From assembly GCA_951406725.2 (NCBI GenBank), contig OX597814.1, positions 94,612,001-94,676,000 of the forward strand: 64,000 nucleotides of DNA, in the 5' to 3' direction. Position 1 is the first letter of the stretch. Every line of letters starts with the position of its first letter. Positions 24,441-38,980 of this stretch are shown in pieces. The notes below the pieces were generated by a model. That model did not search any database, was not told where the DNA came from, and was given only the letters and a program-made list of their open reading frames with translations. Position numbers and translations under genes: made by a program. This DNA comes from Octopus vulgaris. Taxonomy: Eukaryota.

Positions 24441-27147
24441 ATGTATATATACGCCCACACTCCTATATGTATATACAGATATATGTTTGTGTTTATTTGT
24501 ATGTGTATGCGTGTGTAGCCACTCACACACTCACCCAGTACTGAGATATTCAACCTGATAAACTCGATACAAAAAATACAACAGAAAACTGGCAAGCACT
24601 TGTGTCCAGTATTAGCTAGTAAACAAGCAGTAAAACATTATACAAAATATTTGGCAGCCTCGGCAATTATAACAAAGGCTCCACGACATCACACGCTGCA
24701 GTAACAACGTCAGATAACAAACCCACGCTCAATAGCAAGCAAATGTGCTTGAGAAACATTTTACTAAAATCAGCCACCAATAAATAAATAAATATCTAAA
24801 TGATAAATAAATAAATAAACTCAAAGAAAACAAGAATTCACAAAGCAAAATACAAACCTTTCACCTCAACTTTGACTTCGACGAGCCAACGATAGAGAGT
24901 ATTTCTCGACATGAAACAGCTTTGCAATCTCCAGCAAACTACATCCTACCGTCTTGCAAATGAAGGACATATTGAATAATGTATTTCTGAAAGGCATTCG
25001 AAGGACATTAGCACAGTTCTTTCCCTCGCTCCAAACCCAAAAAAAAAAGAAAGAAAGAAAGAAAGAAAAATGCTTCCATACAAGATAGATAGACACATCT
25101 GCACCACAGCTATACTACATAGATTTACCAAATTGTGTTACAAGTAATGGATAACGCTACGCTACTTCTCGATAGTGTACGCTACATTTTTTCTAAATTA
25201 GGATCCTTGCTACTTTGAAATTTTAATTTTTAAAAGTAGAAAATCGTATTGAATATCATATTAAATTTTGAACTAAATATATTAAAACTGACCTGCAGCA
25301 AATTTATTTGCGTAAGTATTTTTAATTTACAGCCAACACTTTTATTTTATGCTACTTTCTAACATATTCCATTACTTTTTATTTTAAATATTTTGTGCTA
25401 CGTTTTATGAAATTGATTTCGCAATTCTGCTGCTACAACGGCATTCTAAGAACATTATTTCACCCACTCAGCCCGAACATATATTAAAAATACATGCACA
25501 CAAAAATAGAAGCTGCATCAATAACATTATTGGCCTCAAACACTGCACAGAATCAATAAGTACAGAGACGTAGTAGTTATATTCAGACGTAGCTCATCTT
25601 GCCACTCCCGTTGTGATTACCACCTTAATCTGCAAAAGCACAAAAACAGAGTAGAAACTAAGGAGCGTACAATATACGTAGAACATTCCAGTGCACCACA
25701 CCACATACAAGCAAACAGGCCAAGTCAGCATGTTCGATATGGTCTTCAGCAAAAATCTGCAGTATTTGTTTTGGTTCCATGTGTTCTGATTTCAAATCCC
25801 GACGAGATTAACTTTATCCTTCATTCTTTTGGAATCGATAAAGTACCACTCCAGGGCAATGGATTGATAAAATTGTTAAATCCTTGGTGATATACTTAAT
25901 TCATTACTCATATACTTAATTCATTACTCATTTTAATTACATGGTCCTTGAGTGTCTTTATCAGATGTTACTCTGTTGCAAGAATTCAAGCCACGTCTCG
26001 GTTTGAGGATAAATTCCTTCATCCTATCACCAAGCTTGGAAGACATGAAAACAAAAGAGCTGGAGGGACTAGCTTTTCTTTGTTGACTAAACAGTAACCG
26101 CTACCCGCCACTGCTTTGACTTATCCATAGGTTTAGCTGGACCATCTAGAGGATCAGTTAGTTTACTAAAAATATGCCGTGTTGTTTAAATCATGAGGAT
26201 ATGAGTACACAACAAATATATGCAAGAAACAAACATTGAAATGAGTTAATTATTAGGATACTGGCATGATGAATTATAATATTGATTTCAAATTTTGGCA
26301 CAAGGTCAGCAACTTCGAGGAAGGGGTTAAGTCGTTTACAACGATCCCAGTACTCAACTGGTACTTATTTTACCGACATCAGAAGGATGACAGGCAAAGT
26401 CAATCTCAGCGGATGTTGAACTAAAACGTAAAGACGATGCAATGCCGCTAATTATTTTGCCCGACGCGCTAATTATACTGCCAGCTCGCTATCATCTATA
26501 TTGAATAATAATGTTATCAATGATATTCATTAACCTGACTCTTTCATTTCACATCTGAGATATTTAACTTTCGCATATCAATTAAAACCACTGAATAATT
26601 AAGAGCCTCTAGCTAACAAATCATGTTGTTAGAAATTAAAATCAAAACTTATTGACATTGCTCCCTGTATTTTAAATACCGTAAAGGATACAGCATAGTT
26701 CTAAATACATTCTGCTTGAAAAAACATGACGTGATGGCCTCGATCAGAACACGTTATATCAACAGTCTGTTCAATTATAAGTGACGTAGTTCTAAATAAT
26801 AGCAATGGCACCAGCACTTGACAATTGAAGCTCATTTCAGTATGCTGCAAGAATACTGCATAGTTGACAAATGTTTTAGTTAGCTGACTGCGATGACCTC
26901 AAATTTCACATATAAACACAGGAATGCTCAAGAAGTATAGAGTACGTATATATATGGATTAGTAGTTGATGCTTCGTTCCATTATTACTTGGGATTTTAT
27001 ACTTGTATATTATGTGTTCGATCGTCTAAATAATGCCTAAAGAACATATAAAGGTTGTTGCATTCTAGCCGTGTACGTGGTAAGCTGATTATAATCGGTG
27101 AGAGATATCAGTATATATCAGCAGATACTTTGATTAATTCATAAATC

Positions 27148-27417
27148 TTGCTTCCCAACCACATGGTCCCAAGTTCAGTCCCACTGCGTGATAGCCCTGT
27201 GAGGGGATTTGGTAGACGGAAACTGAAGGAAGCTCGTCGTATATACATGTGCGTGCGTGTTTGTAGCCCGCCATCACTTGAAAATCGGTGCTGGTGTGTT
27301 TATGTCCTCGTAAATTAGCGGTTCGGCAAAAGAGACCGATAGAATAAGTACTAGTCTTACAAAGAATAAGTCCAGGGGTCGATTTCTTCAACTAAACCCC
27401 TTGAAAGCGGTTCTCCA
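27148..27417 (+). mobile_element. SINE family B, internally deleted and 3'-truncated
   Basis: Colinear with 54491-54866. Confidence 0.8.
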
Positions 27418-27419
27418 CT

Positions 27420-27936
27420 ACGGTAACTTCTATCATTTCTCTATTGATATTCTCCTTCAGTTGCACCAGGGTCTCCGGTTTGTTGATGTAAACCTTTTTC
27501 AGGTATCCCCACAAGAAAAAATCCGGGCTAGTCAAGTCTAGGGAACGTGAAGGCCAGTTGACATTGCCGTAGCGGGAGATTATTATCTCTCCAAAGCATT
27601 GCGTAGCAGCTGCTTGCTTTTCTCACGGTATGAGCAGTAGCCCCATCTTGCTGGAACCATGTGTGAGGTCTACTTTGATCAGAGAAGTGGGATCTGAAAC
27701 TCTTGTGGGTGTTATGGTGCAAGTTTTGGAAAGATTACGGGCGTGCGAAGCTGAAAATGGCTGCCATTTAAGCGATGTCATTTTTCGTATGTGATGTAGT
27801 GGTGTTGCAAAATTTGATTTAAGCATATTAAATTCCATTATATGCTTTATATTGTATCAAACTTTCATGCATATATTTGTAAAGTTAAGGAGGTTAGTAA
27901 TACCAGAAACCCAACAGTGACATTTGGGACACCTTA
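27420..27936. mobile_element. Mariner (maT/DD37D-like) transposase fragment with internal inversion
   Basis: Minus strand 27665-27445 reads WFQQDGATAHT...WPSRSLDLTSPDFFLWGYLK...LKENI; plus strand 27678-27794 reads IREVGSETLVGVMVQVLERLRACEAENGCHLSDVIFRM*, followed by a TIR-like GGGACACCTTA-TA end. Confidence 0.8.
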
Positions 27937-28338
27937 TATATAAGACTGTATTAAAATATGATAGTCTGCAGATAGTTGTTCAGGAATATTGGAAAGTAAT
28001 ATATCTAGATATCCTTTCCATGACTCAGCAAAGTCTGTCATCAGGTACATTGGGCCATTTTGTTGTACCATAGTTAAATATTTGATGCATTTGACAAGTA
28101 AATACGAAGAGGAAAGTTTAAGAATCTGACATTTCTCCTATTCGCTATTAATTGTAATACCAAAGATCAAAGTCACTCTTTTATGTGTTCTCCAATTATT
28201 TGGCAGCCTTCACGCTGGTTTTCCATAAAGTAGAGGAATAGTGTGACAACGCTTTTCCAGCACGACCGTCTCTCGATTTTATTGTTTGATTCTAAAAGAG
28301 AATTTTGGAGGTAATTAAGACCTTGGCTAACAAGAAAC

Positions 28339-28452
28339 CCAAAATGTAAACAGTAGTATAACCTATTTAAAGTAAGTTAAAGGGTTTCACATCAGTGTTC
28401 AGTTCCTTTATGTGGATATTGTCCATGTCGAGCCACTTAGTTCTCAACAAGA
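28339..28452. repeat. Inverted repeat, partner at 31796-31910
   Basis: About 115-bp match including roughly 66 identical bases. Confidence 0.9.
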
Positions 28453-29028
28453 AGTTATAGTCTGTGGATATATTTGTAGACAAATGTCCCTAATGGAAAT
28501 TCTCTGCCTCCATCTCTCTCTTTCTTTCCCTCTCTTTCTTTCTCTCTCTCACTCTCTCTCTCTCTCTCTTTCCTAATATATGTAAGTGTGTATGTGTGTG
28601 TGTGTGTGCCTGTATTCATGATGTGAAATAGCCTGAATATATGTACATGTGTGTATATGTATGTATGTGTGCATATGTATGTGTGCATATGTATGCACCC
28701 ATTTGTATATGTGTAATTATGTCTATATATTCATATCCACATGTATACTTATATACATACATATGTTCATTCACACCTTTTCATATCTCACATATATAAA
28801 TGGATTAAAGTGGGTGTTTGAGGTGTTCATGTCATTCAAAATGCAATCAGATATGTAAATGAATTGCTGCCTGTTGGGTATTACAATATTGATTATAAAT
28901 TATTTATTCCTAGAAACTTTTCAGACAAGTAGAGTAGAAAATACTTATGATTATGTTTACTTCAAACATCTGGGTATTCTTGCATTCTAGGTTTACAGTT
29001 CATACAGCTATATCATATAGATAGATAG

Positions 29029-29118
<90 letters not shown>

Positions 29119-29142
29119 GCAGACAGACAGACAGACAAACAT

Positions 29143-29231
<89 letters not shown>

Positions 29232-30813
29232 CATTCAATTCCTATTCCATTATGAGTTATATAGCTAAAGGAACGAGTAATAATTCTATGATTCGAATAT
29301 TATTAAATAATTAGTTGAGAAATGAAAATTTGAATAGTTTCTCAAAATCTATATCTGTAGGCTAACATAGTTTTCAAATTGTTTTCACCATCGAGGAATA
29401 CAATTTACCGATGATTATTAATTAATTCTTGGTTTTTCTCTAGGCATATGCACATTTTGAATTCTCACATGATTATATTTGCTAATTATTTTTACATATT
29501 ATTATTGAATAAATAGCAAAAATGATCTTTGGAGCTTTGTTAATAAATATATAATGTATATGTCACACAATATATTATTGGGTCTTATATAAATTATTAT
29601 GTTTTGATTGTTCGTATATTTTGCTGGTACTGGACTGGGAAAATAAAATCATTTGACAGTTAAGTTTTTTTTTTTTTTGCCAGGAACACAGTTCAGTGCA
29701 AATGATACACCGCCTTACTTTTAACTGCAAGTTGTTACCCCAATTTTCTGATTATTAAATACAAATTAACATTATCTTAGAACAAACGAAGTCGCACTCT
29801 CTGTATCCTTCAATACCTCGACATGTAACATATAAAACCAGTGTTTATATATTTGTAGTCAATGCATTTTGATATTAATCTAAACTATGGCTGTGATTTG
29901 GCAGAAACGTTAGCACGCCGGGCGAAATGCGTAACCGTATTTCGTCTGCCGTTACGTTCTGAGTTCAAATTCCGCCGAGGTCACTTTGCCTTTCATCCTT
30001 TCGGAGTCGATAAAAGGGGTCGATGTAATCTACTTGCCCCCTCCACTCAAATTTGTGGCCTTGTGCCAAAATTTGAAACCGATTGGAATAGCTTCTTGTG
30101 ATTCAGTGATATTCAAACAAATCTGAGAAACTATGAAAATTTTCTAAATACAACTAGAGAAACGTTCCTTATTTAATTTGCTAGCTAACTCAGTTAAATC
30201 TTCATCCTAGTAATATTGTTGCTCATATGCTTTCCAGCATATTTACAGATTTTATAACATATCTGTCACATCCCTGTATTCTTCTTGCACTAGCAATCTT
30301 TGCTTTCGACAATCTCCACAGCATCTCAAAGTTCGCCCCTCCTCTTTTTCTCTTTCTCTCTCTTTCTTTCTCCCATTCTATCTCTCTTACTCTCTCACTT
30401 CTCTGTAACTGCTCCACTTATTTCACAACTGCAACATCTAAATCACTTAAGGCTACCAAATTGAATCATTCTCGAGTCCTAGACATCCTCACGTACAAAC
30501 AGCCAAATTAAATGAAATATCAATCATACCAATTTCAAGTAGACAGTCAGCACTTTTTGCTTCGAGGTAACAACCACAAGCAAAGAAAATCATCACCTTC
30601 ACGCTGTTATTGCGAATAAAAAAATTATAGCATAATCATAAGAGTACAGAATTATTGGCTGTAAACATAGTGGAGCAATGCTGAAATGTTCAATAGATCA
30701 ACAATGAATACATTGAATGTGAATGTGAATGCTGATGTGTCTTTACAACATTTTCCTTTTACACTTCATGTGATTATATTACAGTAAATGCACACACATA
30801 TACAAGCACCATC

Positions 30814-30875
<62 letters not shown>

Positions 30876-30916
30876 AAAGAGAGAGACAGTCAGAGGGAAT
30901 GAGAGAGAGAGAGAGC

Positions 30917-31004
<88 letters not shown>

Positions 31005-31005
31005 T

Positions 31006-31452
<447 letters not shown>

Positions 31453-31991
31453 AGATAAATAGATAGATAGATAGATAGATATGTGGATAACCTATACTGG
31501 TGTGTGTGTGTGTGTGTGTCTTTGTGTTATTGTTTGTTCGTCTCCGCTTCCACACACACATACATACATATGTCACTTAGGCATCGAGATACAAATGAGT
31601 TAATAACCTGGCGATACTAGTAGCCTAATAACTCAATATAGTATGCTTCTGAACGAAGATTTAGTCGAGTTCAGAGCAGTGCTGAGAGAAAAGAAGTGTC
31701 AAAGAAACACCATACACTTATCTTATATATTTCATTTGCCCCAAAGATAATCATTTATGCCTCTGTCATCTCCTTTTTCTTACACGTAAATACGTACTTG
31801 TTTGAGAATTAAGTGGCTCAGCATGGACAGTATCCCCATAAAGGAACTGAACACTGATGTGAAACCCTTTAACTTACTTTAAATAGGTTATACTACTGTT
31901 TAAATTTTGGTAGCCTTAAGTGATTTTTCTTACACATAAATGCGTACATACATTCATGCATACATACAGACAGACAGACAGAAAGACAGAC

Positions 31992-32063
<72 letters not shown>

Positions 32064-32120
32064 TTGCCAAAGATCAAGTGTAGTTAATTTACACACACGC
32101 ATACCGACATAAACACACAC

Positions 32121-32185
<65 letters not shown>

Positions 32186-32195
<10 letters not shown>

Positions 32196-32450
32196 TAAAT
32201 TAGAGACAAAACCACTATTATGCAAATCAAACAAAGAAAGACTTAAGCCAATACATAAATAATTTATATAAATTAAATTTAATTAAAATTATTTTACGTA
32301 TTGGCTTAAGTCTTTCTTTGTTTGATTTGCATAATAGTGGTTTTGTCTCTAATTTAATATAATATAATATTTTACTATAAAATTGGATTCAATCCTAAAT
32401 CTGATTTTTCCCTGTAAATTTGGATTTATTCCCTAATATTTATTATTATT
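32186..32450. mobile_element. Fold-back insertion in (TA)n: perfect 69-bp arms plus a one-sided extension
   Basis: 32186-32254 is the exact reverse complement of 32298-32366; (TA)n on both sides. Confidence 0.8.
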
Positions 32451-32794
32451 ATATATATATATATATATGCATACATTACTACATTCACACAAGTGATCCA
32501 ACTCATAATGTGAGAGTCGCTTTTGTTTTATACTTTGGTTTCTTTTCTTGATTGTGCTGTTAGTTGCTGTTATTGTTGTTATGTATATTTCTAATTTTTT
32601 GAAGCCTATAAATTCCTGGAAAATGTGACAAAAATTGATTTCGTTCACATAGCTGATCGTATGGGATTGATCTCTTCATTGTTAAAACTTTCACTTTCCT
32701 ATCATTCTCGTTGATTTTTTAAATTATTTTCGTGAAAAATATCAAATTATATATACTTTTTCCTATTCCAATAGAAAACTTCTTTCTTTTTGCC

Positions 32795-33037
32795 CTTGTA
32801 AAGCCTAGCCAGGCTCATGGGCCCGGTTTCCCGGTTTCAATGGCGTATGTGTTCCCCAGCTGGTTCGGATATCAGTCCATCGCAACGTTACTCATTCTTG
32901 CCAGCTGTGTAGACCGGAGCAACGTAAAATGAAGAGTTTTGCTCAAGAACACAACGCGTCGCCCGGTCCAGGAATCGAAACCACAATCTTACGATCATGA
33001 TGCTGACACCCTAATCACTAAGGCACGCGTCTCCACA
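32795..33037 (-). mobile_element. SINE family D, near full length
   Basis: Head GTGGAGACGCGTGCCTTAGTGATTAGGG...GTTTCGATTCC, CORE-like TCTTGAGCAAAAC; other copies at 42780-43020(+), 51205-51445(-), 52020-52248(-), 58600-58770(-). Confidence 0.85.
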
Positions 33038-33984
33038 ATAGAAAACTTACAGTTTACAAAACGTCAAGCAAAATTGATTAACATAATTCGTTTTTAACTT
33101 GTAAGTTATTTTGTATGTTTCGTAATACAAGTTGTATTGAGTCTTTAAAAATATTTTCTCTTATTCTGAAATGGCGTTTGTGCAATAACTAATTCACTTT
33201 TCTTACTATTTAATCCTCTGCTTGCTTCTGTCATGCATATGCTTTTTTGTCACCGTGTTAATTGAAAGACGAAATGAAAACACACATCTACGAACATTTG
33301 TGTCTAGTAAATATATACTGAAATCTAATTTTAAAAGTGTCTGAATTGGAGAAGAGACGTGAAAGCCAAACACGAAATTAAAACAAAAATCCAAGTGAAA
33401 TGTCCAATAAACTTACACGTGTCAGCAATTAACAAATTAACTGTATTGCTATTTTAGCAAAATACATTACAATGATGAAAATGGATTTAAAATACTTTAA
33501 AGGATAGTTATAAATCTGTTTGAAATAGTTTCCTCGTCTTTACAGCTATAGTACGCAGGTTTATGATAATATCCTAACAAATAAATAGCATTTTAGTACA
33601 AAAGGAGAGTCATTGCCCAATAACCCTTGAAATATTAACATTCACCAATTCGAGCGCATTGTTTGCTAAGACGTATTTGTTCCCAAAATGAAGTGTTGGT
33701 TCTGACTTTTAAAGAGAATCTTTAGAGATAGACTAAGCAGTGAAAATATCGCACTCCTAAAAACACGGTAAAATACAGTATTGATTTGTAAACTTGTAAT
33801 ATCCTTGATAGTATATTAATGTTGCAAAACGAAATCTTGTGGCCGAACTAGTTTCGATACTTTGTGCTACAGAACCCGACTATGTTTTGGAGCTGACCTT
33901 GGCCAATCAAGAGCGACTATATTATATCCTTCCTGGAGTTGCAGAATACTTTCCCGATGAAGAGATAATAAAACGATCTTTTTA

Positions 33985-34195
33985 TTTTTTTATATGTTAT
34001 AGTCATTAAACAGCAGCCAGGCTGGAGCACTTCGAGGATTTTAGTCGAACAAATCGACACTAGTACTTAACTTTTAAAGTTTGGTACTTATTCTAGTAGT
34101 CTTTTTTTACCGAAAGTCACGAAGCTGTAAACAAACCAATACCGGTTTTCAAGTGGTGGGGCACAGACGAAAACAGAAAGACACACACATATATG
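33985..34195 (-). mobile_element. SINE family B 3' half (matching head at 37608-37670)
   Basis: Reverse complement aligns to the 3' half of family B. Confidence 0.7.
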
Positions 34196-34207
34196 TTGTT
34201 GTTGTTG

Positions 34208-34251
<44 letters not shown>

Positions 34252-34254
<3 letters not shown>

Positions 34255-35821
34255 TAGTTTTATTTTTATAGCGTGCTTTCACTTCACTACCGAGCGCAGC
34301 TCTGTGTGCCTTAGGTATGTGCTGTGATTTGTTGTGATGCTCTGATGGTTATTGTATGGAAAGTGTTCTGCGTAGGATGTGTGCAGTGCCTAGTAGTGCA
34401 ATTTTCTGTATGTTATATGTGTTTGTAAGTCCTGGTGTTTTTGTTATGTATTTATCTGAATATTTTTTTATCATGCCTAATGCACCTACTATGATAGGAA
34501 TTGTTTCTGTTTTTAGATTCCACATTCTGGTTACCTCTATTTCCAGGTCTTTGTATTTTGAAAGTTTCTCCAATACTTTTAGAGACACGTTGTCATCTGC
34601 CGGTATTGATACATCAATTAGAAAGCATTTTTTTCTTCATGATCTCTGACAACTATATCTGGTCTGTTGGCCTTAATTTCTCTATCTGTGTGTATCGGCA
34701 TATCCCAGAGTATGGTTGCTTTCTCGTTTTCTGTGACCTTTTCTGGTGTGTGCCTATACCATATTTTTTCTGTTGTTATTCCATAATGTTGGCATAGCTT
34801 CCAGTGTATGTAGGTTCCGACTCTATCATGTCTGTGAATATATTCCTTCTTAGCCAGGACTGGGCAGCTAGAGATAATATGATTTATTGTTTCTTGTCCA
34901 TCTCCACATATTCTGCAGTTACTTGTTATATTTCTTTTCATTACATGTTTTTGGTGGGGAGGCTTTGGTCTTGTGCTGCATTTAAAAATCCCTCCGTCTC
35001 TGCTTTGAGTCCTGAGCTTCTCAACCATTGCTGGGATTTTTCTTTGTCTATTTCTTTTGCGTTTAGTTTAGTCCAGTATTTACCATGAAGGGACTTTTCT
35101 TGCCATCGTTTTATCATGGTTCGTTGCTGTTCTATTTTTAGTTTGGATTTCATTTGTGTTATAGCTTTTGTTGTTCTTTATCTTCTTCTTCTTCTTCTTC
35201 TTCTTCTTCTTCTTCTTCTTCTTCTTCTTCTTCTTCTTCTTCTTCTTCTTCTTCATTAGGTGGTATGATTTCTTGTTTGTATTTGTCAGCTTCCTTAAAT
35301 ACTGAGAACAGTTTTTTGTTTTGCTCGTGTTTTGCCGCTATTTTGGTCAGTTCATTTAGTGTCCAGTTAAGGATATTGTAGCTGTAACTTATAACTGGGA
35401 CAGCTAAAGTGTTAATATATATTATCTTGTTTTTAGCATTGAGCTCTGTTTTTAGTATTGATCTAACTCGTCTATAATATTCTTTTTTTATTTTCTCTTT
35501 CATGTGTGTGTGTTGTGTCTTATCTAGTTCATGGATTCCGAAGTACTTGTAAGTTTGGCTTTGGTCTAATTCTTTTATTTCATTGGTTTTATCTAGTGTG
35601 ATATTGCTACTCTTAACTAGTTTTCCTCTTTTCATGGTTACTTTGGCGCATTTTTCTAATCCAAATTTCATATCTATTTCTTTGGTAAATCCATGAACTG
35701 TATTTAATAGTGTTTCCAGCTGTTTGTCATTTGCAGCGTATAGTTTTAGGTCATCCATATATAAAAGGTGGCTGATCGTTTTGCCGTAACATTTATATCC
35801 GCATCCAGTTCTATTTAGCAT
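34252..35821 (-). mobile_element. 5'-truncated R4/Dong-clade non-LTR retrotransposon (RT C-terminus, CCHC knuckle, restriction-like endonuclease)
   Basis: ISHLLYMDDLKLYA, CRICGDGQETINHIISSC, RHDRV, NRPDIVV, KLSKYKDL; frameshifted; 3' UTR followed by (TAA)n; (TAA)n also at the 5' junction. Confidence 0.92.
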
Positions 35822-36018
<197 letters not shown>

Positions 36019-37590
36019 TTATCGTTTGACTTCTAAAAACGTACGGTCTCGTTTGTTCTGGTAGATTATGGGAGAGCGGACAGCAGACTGCTAACAGAGG
36101 TGTCACAGGGTCCCTTTCTGCACGTTATAAGCTTTGATACTTGGTTGTGAATAATCGTGGGAGACATTCAGCAGACAATTACCAATCTGAAAATCCTAGC
36201 TGTCCCCAACAGACCAGTTTTTTGGGGCATGCTCTGGTCTCATGTCAATTCTGATTTCTTTGACATATTTCTTGAACTTGGTTGTTAGTGCTCCGAGTGC
36301 CTCTACAACAACTGGTATGACAGACATTCTCCGTATAGTCCACATTCTTGCAATTTCGTCTTTTAGTAGTCTGTACTTTTCAATCTTTTCTAGTTCTTTG
36401 TCACTTATACATGTATCTATGATCTTGGTTTCTCTTTTTCCATCAACTACCACAACAATATCTGGTTGCATTGGCTTCTAAAAGCCCACAGTATCTTATG
36501 TTCCTTGTTTTCGATGACTTCTATTTCATGATCGTACCATTTCTGTACTCTGTTCAGGCCGTACTCCAGTGGACGAAGTTAGCCACGTTATCGTGCCTCC
36601 TTTTGTACTGTTTTTGAGCCAGCTTGTTACACTCACTCACAATATGTGAGATTGTTTCGTTTCTGCTGCCGCACGTCCTACAAAGAGGCGATTAGTTACT
36701 CTTATCGATTTAGAACTTGATGTAATTATTTCTCAGAGCTTGTTCCTGAGCGCTGCATATCAGTGTCTCAGTGCATTCTTTCAGATCACTTTTTCTTAGC
36801 CATCTCCAAATGTTGATCTTGTCTTTTCCTCGATTTCTCTGAATTATTACCCATGCAGTGGCTTCATTTTCCAGCTGTTTACTCTTTCTTCTTCATCTTG
36901 TTTCTTAAATATTTGTGGGAGCATCACATATTCGGTATGTTTTATACTGTTAATTCTAACAGCGGCAAACAAGGATTCACTCTGCTGTTTGATATACGAT
37001 CCCAGACTGTTCTTCTCGTTGACAACACAGTTCTTGCATCCAATGAGATCGCTTCCAACCCTGTTTCTAGGCATATACAGTCTATCAGTATCTCTTTTGA
37101 GGTATAGTTCCTTGTTAATTGTCATCACGTTTCTAGCTTTCTTATTCATTTCTTCAAGCTCGACTTTGTCCACCTAATAACACCTGCGCCGTATCGCATT
37201 AAGGAAATAGCCCATGTACTTATTGCTCTGATTTTGCTTTTTGTTTTCGTTGAGTCTAGTTCCCATAATTAACCCGCTGCTTCTGAGATATTCTCGCCTA
37301 AAGCTTTCTTTCATTTCACTTTCGTTGACTTTGTCGTATTCTAAAATCCCCAAATATTGATATCCATTAGTCTCAATATCCTTGATTTTCTCGGCATTGG
37401 GTAGCTCTACACCATCAGACGACACTACTTTGCTTCTTTGTATTATAAGCATACCTAACGTTTTGGTCCCAAATTCCATTCCGATATCCTTACCGAATAT
37501 CTGCACTGTTGAAACTAGACCATATATTTCACTTCCGATCTTTCCAAAGATCTTTATATCATCCATATATAACAGATAATTTAATTTTCC
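36019..37590 (-). mobile_element. Older 5'-truncated R4/Dong-clade LINE of a different family
   Basis: LNYLLYMDDIKIFGK, YQYLGILE, DRLYMPR, KPLHG, CRTCGSRNETISHIVSEC, RHD, QPDIVVVD, KIEKY; multiple stops and frameshifts. Confidence 0.9.
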
Positions 37591-38042
37591 TCCATAGAAT
37601 TAAAGAAAACACTTGCTCGAGATGCAATGCAGTGGAATTGAACCCGAAATTATGTAGTTGAGAGGTAATTGTTATATATTTCGAAATATCTTTTACACTA
37701 CGGAAGGTTTTGAATCATTGCATTATATTTTTGTAATTTTATAATATATATAACAATAGTTCTTCGAAAATATATCTTTCGCGAAATGTCCTTTCGCTAA
37801 CGTTTTTAGTGAATATTCCTTGTCTCGTATGCATGTATATAAGCATGTGTGTGTATGTGTGCATATGTATACTTGTATATGTATATATAAATACATATAC
37901 ACATATGCATATGTATATATGTATACACACACAAACACACACATATATATATAAATATATATACATATATATATATACACAATATATATATATATATATA
38001 AATATACATATATATATATATATTTATTTATTTATATTTATA

Positions 38043-38077
<35 letters not shown>

Positions 38078-38129
38078 AACAAAAATCAAATAGAGCAATA
38101 GAAAAAGGCAGGTATATAGAGACATAGGC

Positions 38130-38184
<55 letters not shown>

Positions 38185-38597
38185 TATGTATGTATTTATG
38201 TATTGAAAATGTAAGGTGAGATGTAGAAAGAAATGTATATATATGTATGCGTGTACATTTTGCTATGCGTGAGTGTGTCTATGTTTATGAGTGAATGAGA
38301 GAGTAAGACCAACTTACAAGTTCGGATTACATAGAAAAACGATGTATTATACTACTGAGATATCTCATTGCTTTTAAGCTTATTTCATGATATAAATCGT
38401 GACATACAAGTCAGTGAATCCAACGTTATTGAATTATTTTATCAACACTCTGAAGAGCAAACGCATTACAAATCATTTCATTGATTTACATGCTAACACC
38501 CATTTTCGCATACTCACATATATTTCATATATTTGCCTTGAACGAATGCATATATATACAGTTAGATAAATAGATAGATAGATATAGATATAGATGC

Positions 38598-38647
<50 letters not shown>

Positions 38648-38649
<2 letters not shown>

Positions 38650-38937
38650 AGGCGCAATGGCCTAGTGGTTAGGGCAGCGGACTCGCGGTCGTAGGATCGC
38701 GGTTTCGATTCCCAGACCGGGCGTTGTGAGTGTTTATTGAGCGAAAACACCTAAAAGCTCCACGACGCTCCGGCAGGGGATGGTGATCCCTGCTCTACTC
38801 TTTCACCACTCTTTCTCTCTCTCTCTTTCTTCTGTTGGCCTGCTCGCTTAGCCAGCGGGGTGGCGTCATTCGAAGGCTAAAACAATGCGAACGCATCGTG
38901 ACCAGCGATGTGTAAAACATCTGATGGTCTGGTCGGT

Positions 38938-38944
<7 letters not shown>
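38648..38944 (+). mobile_element. SINE family C
   Basis: Full-length copy between (TG)n and (TA)n. Confidence 0.9.

Positions 38945-38980
<36 letters not shown>

Noticed and set aside
24859-25630. Minus-strand splice-like signals near 24988 and 25630
   Set aside because: All frames contain stops; cannot be distinguished from chance or non-coding exons without RNA data
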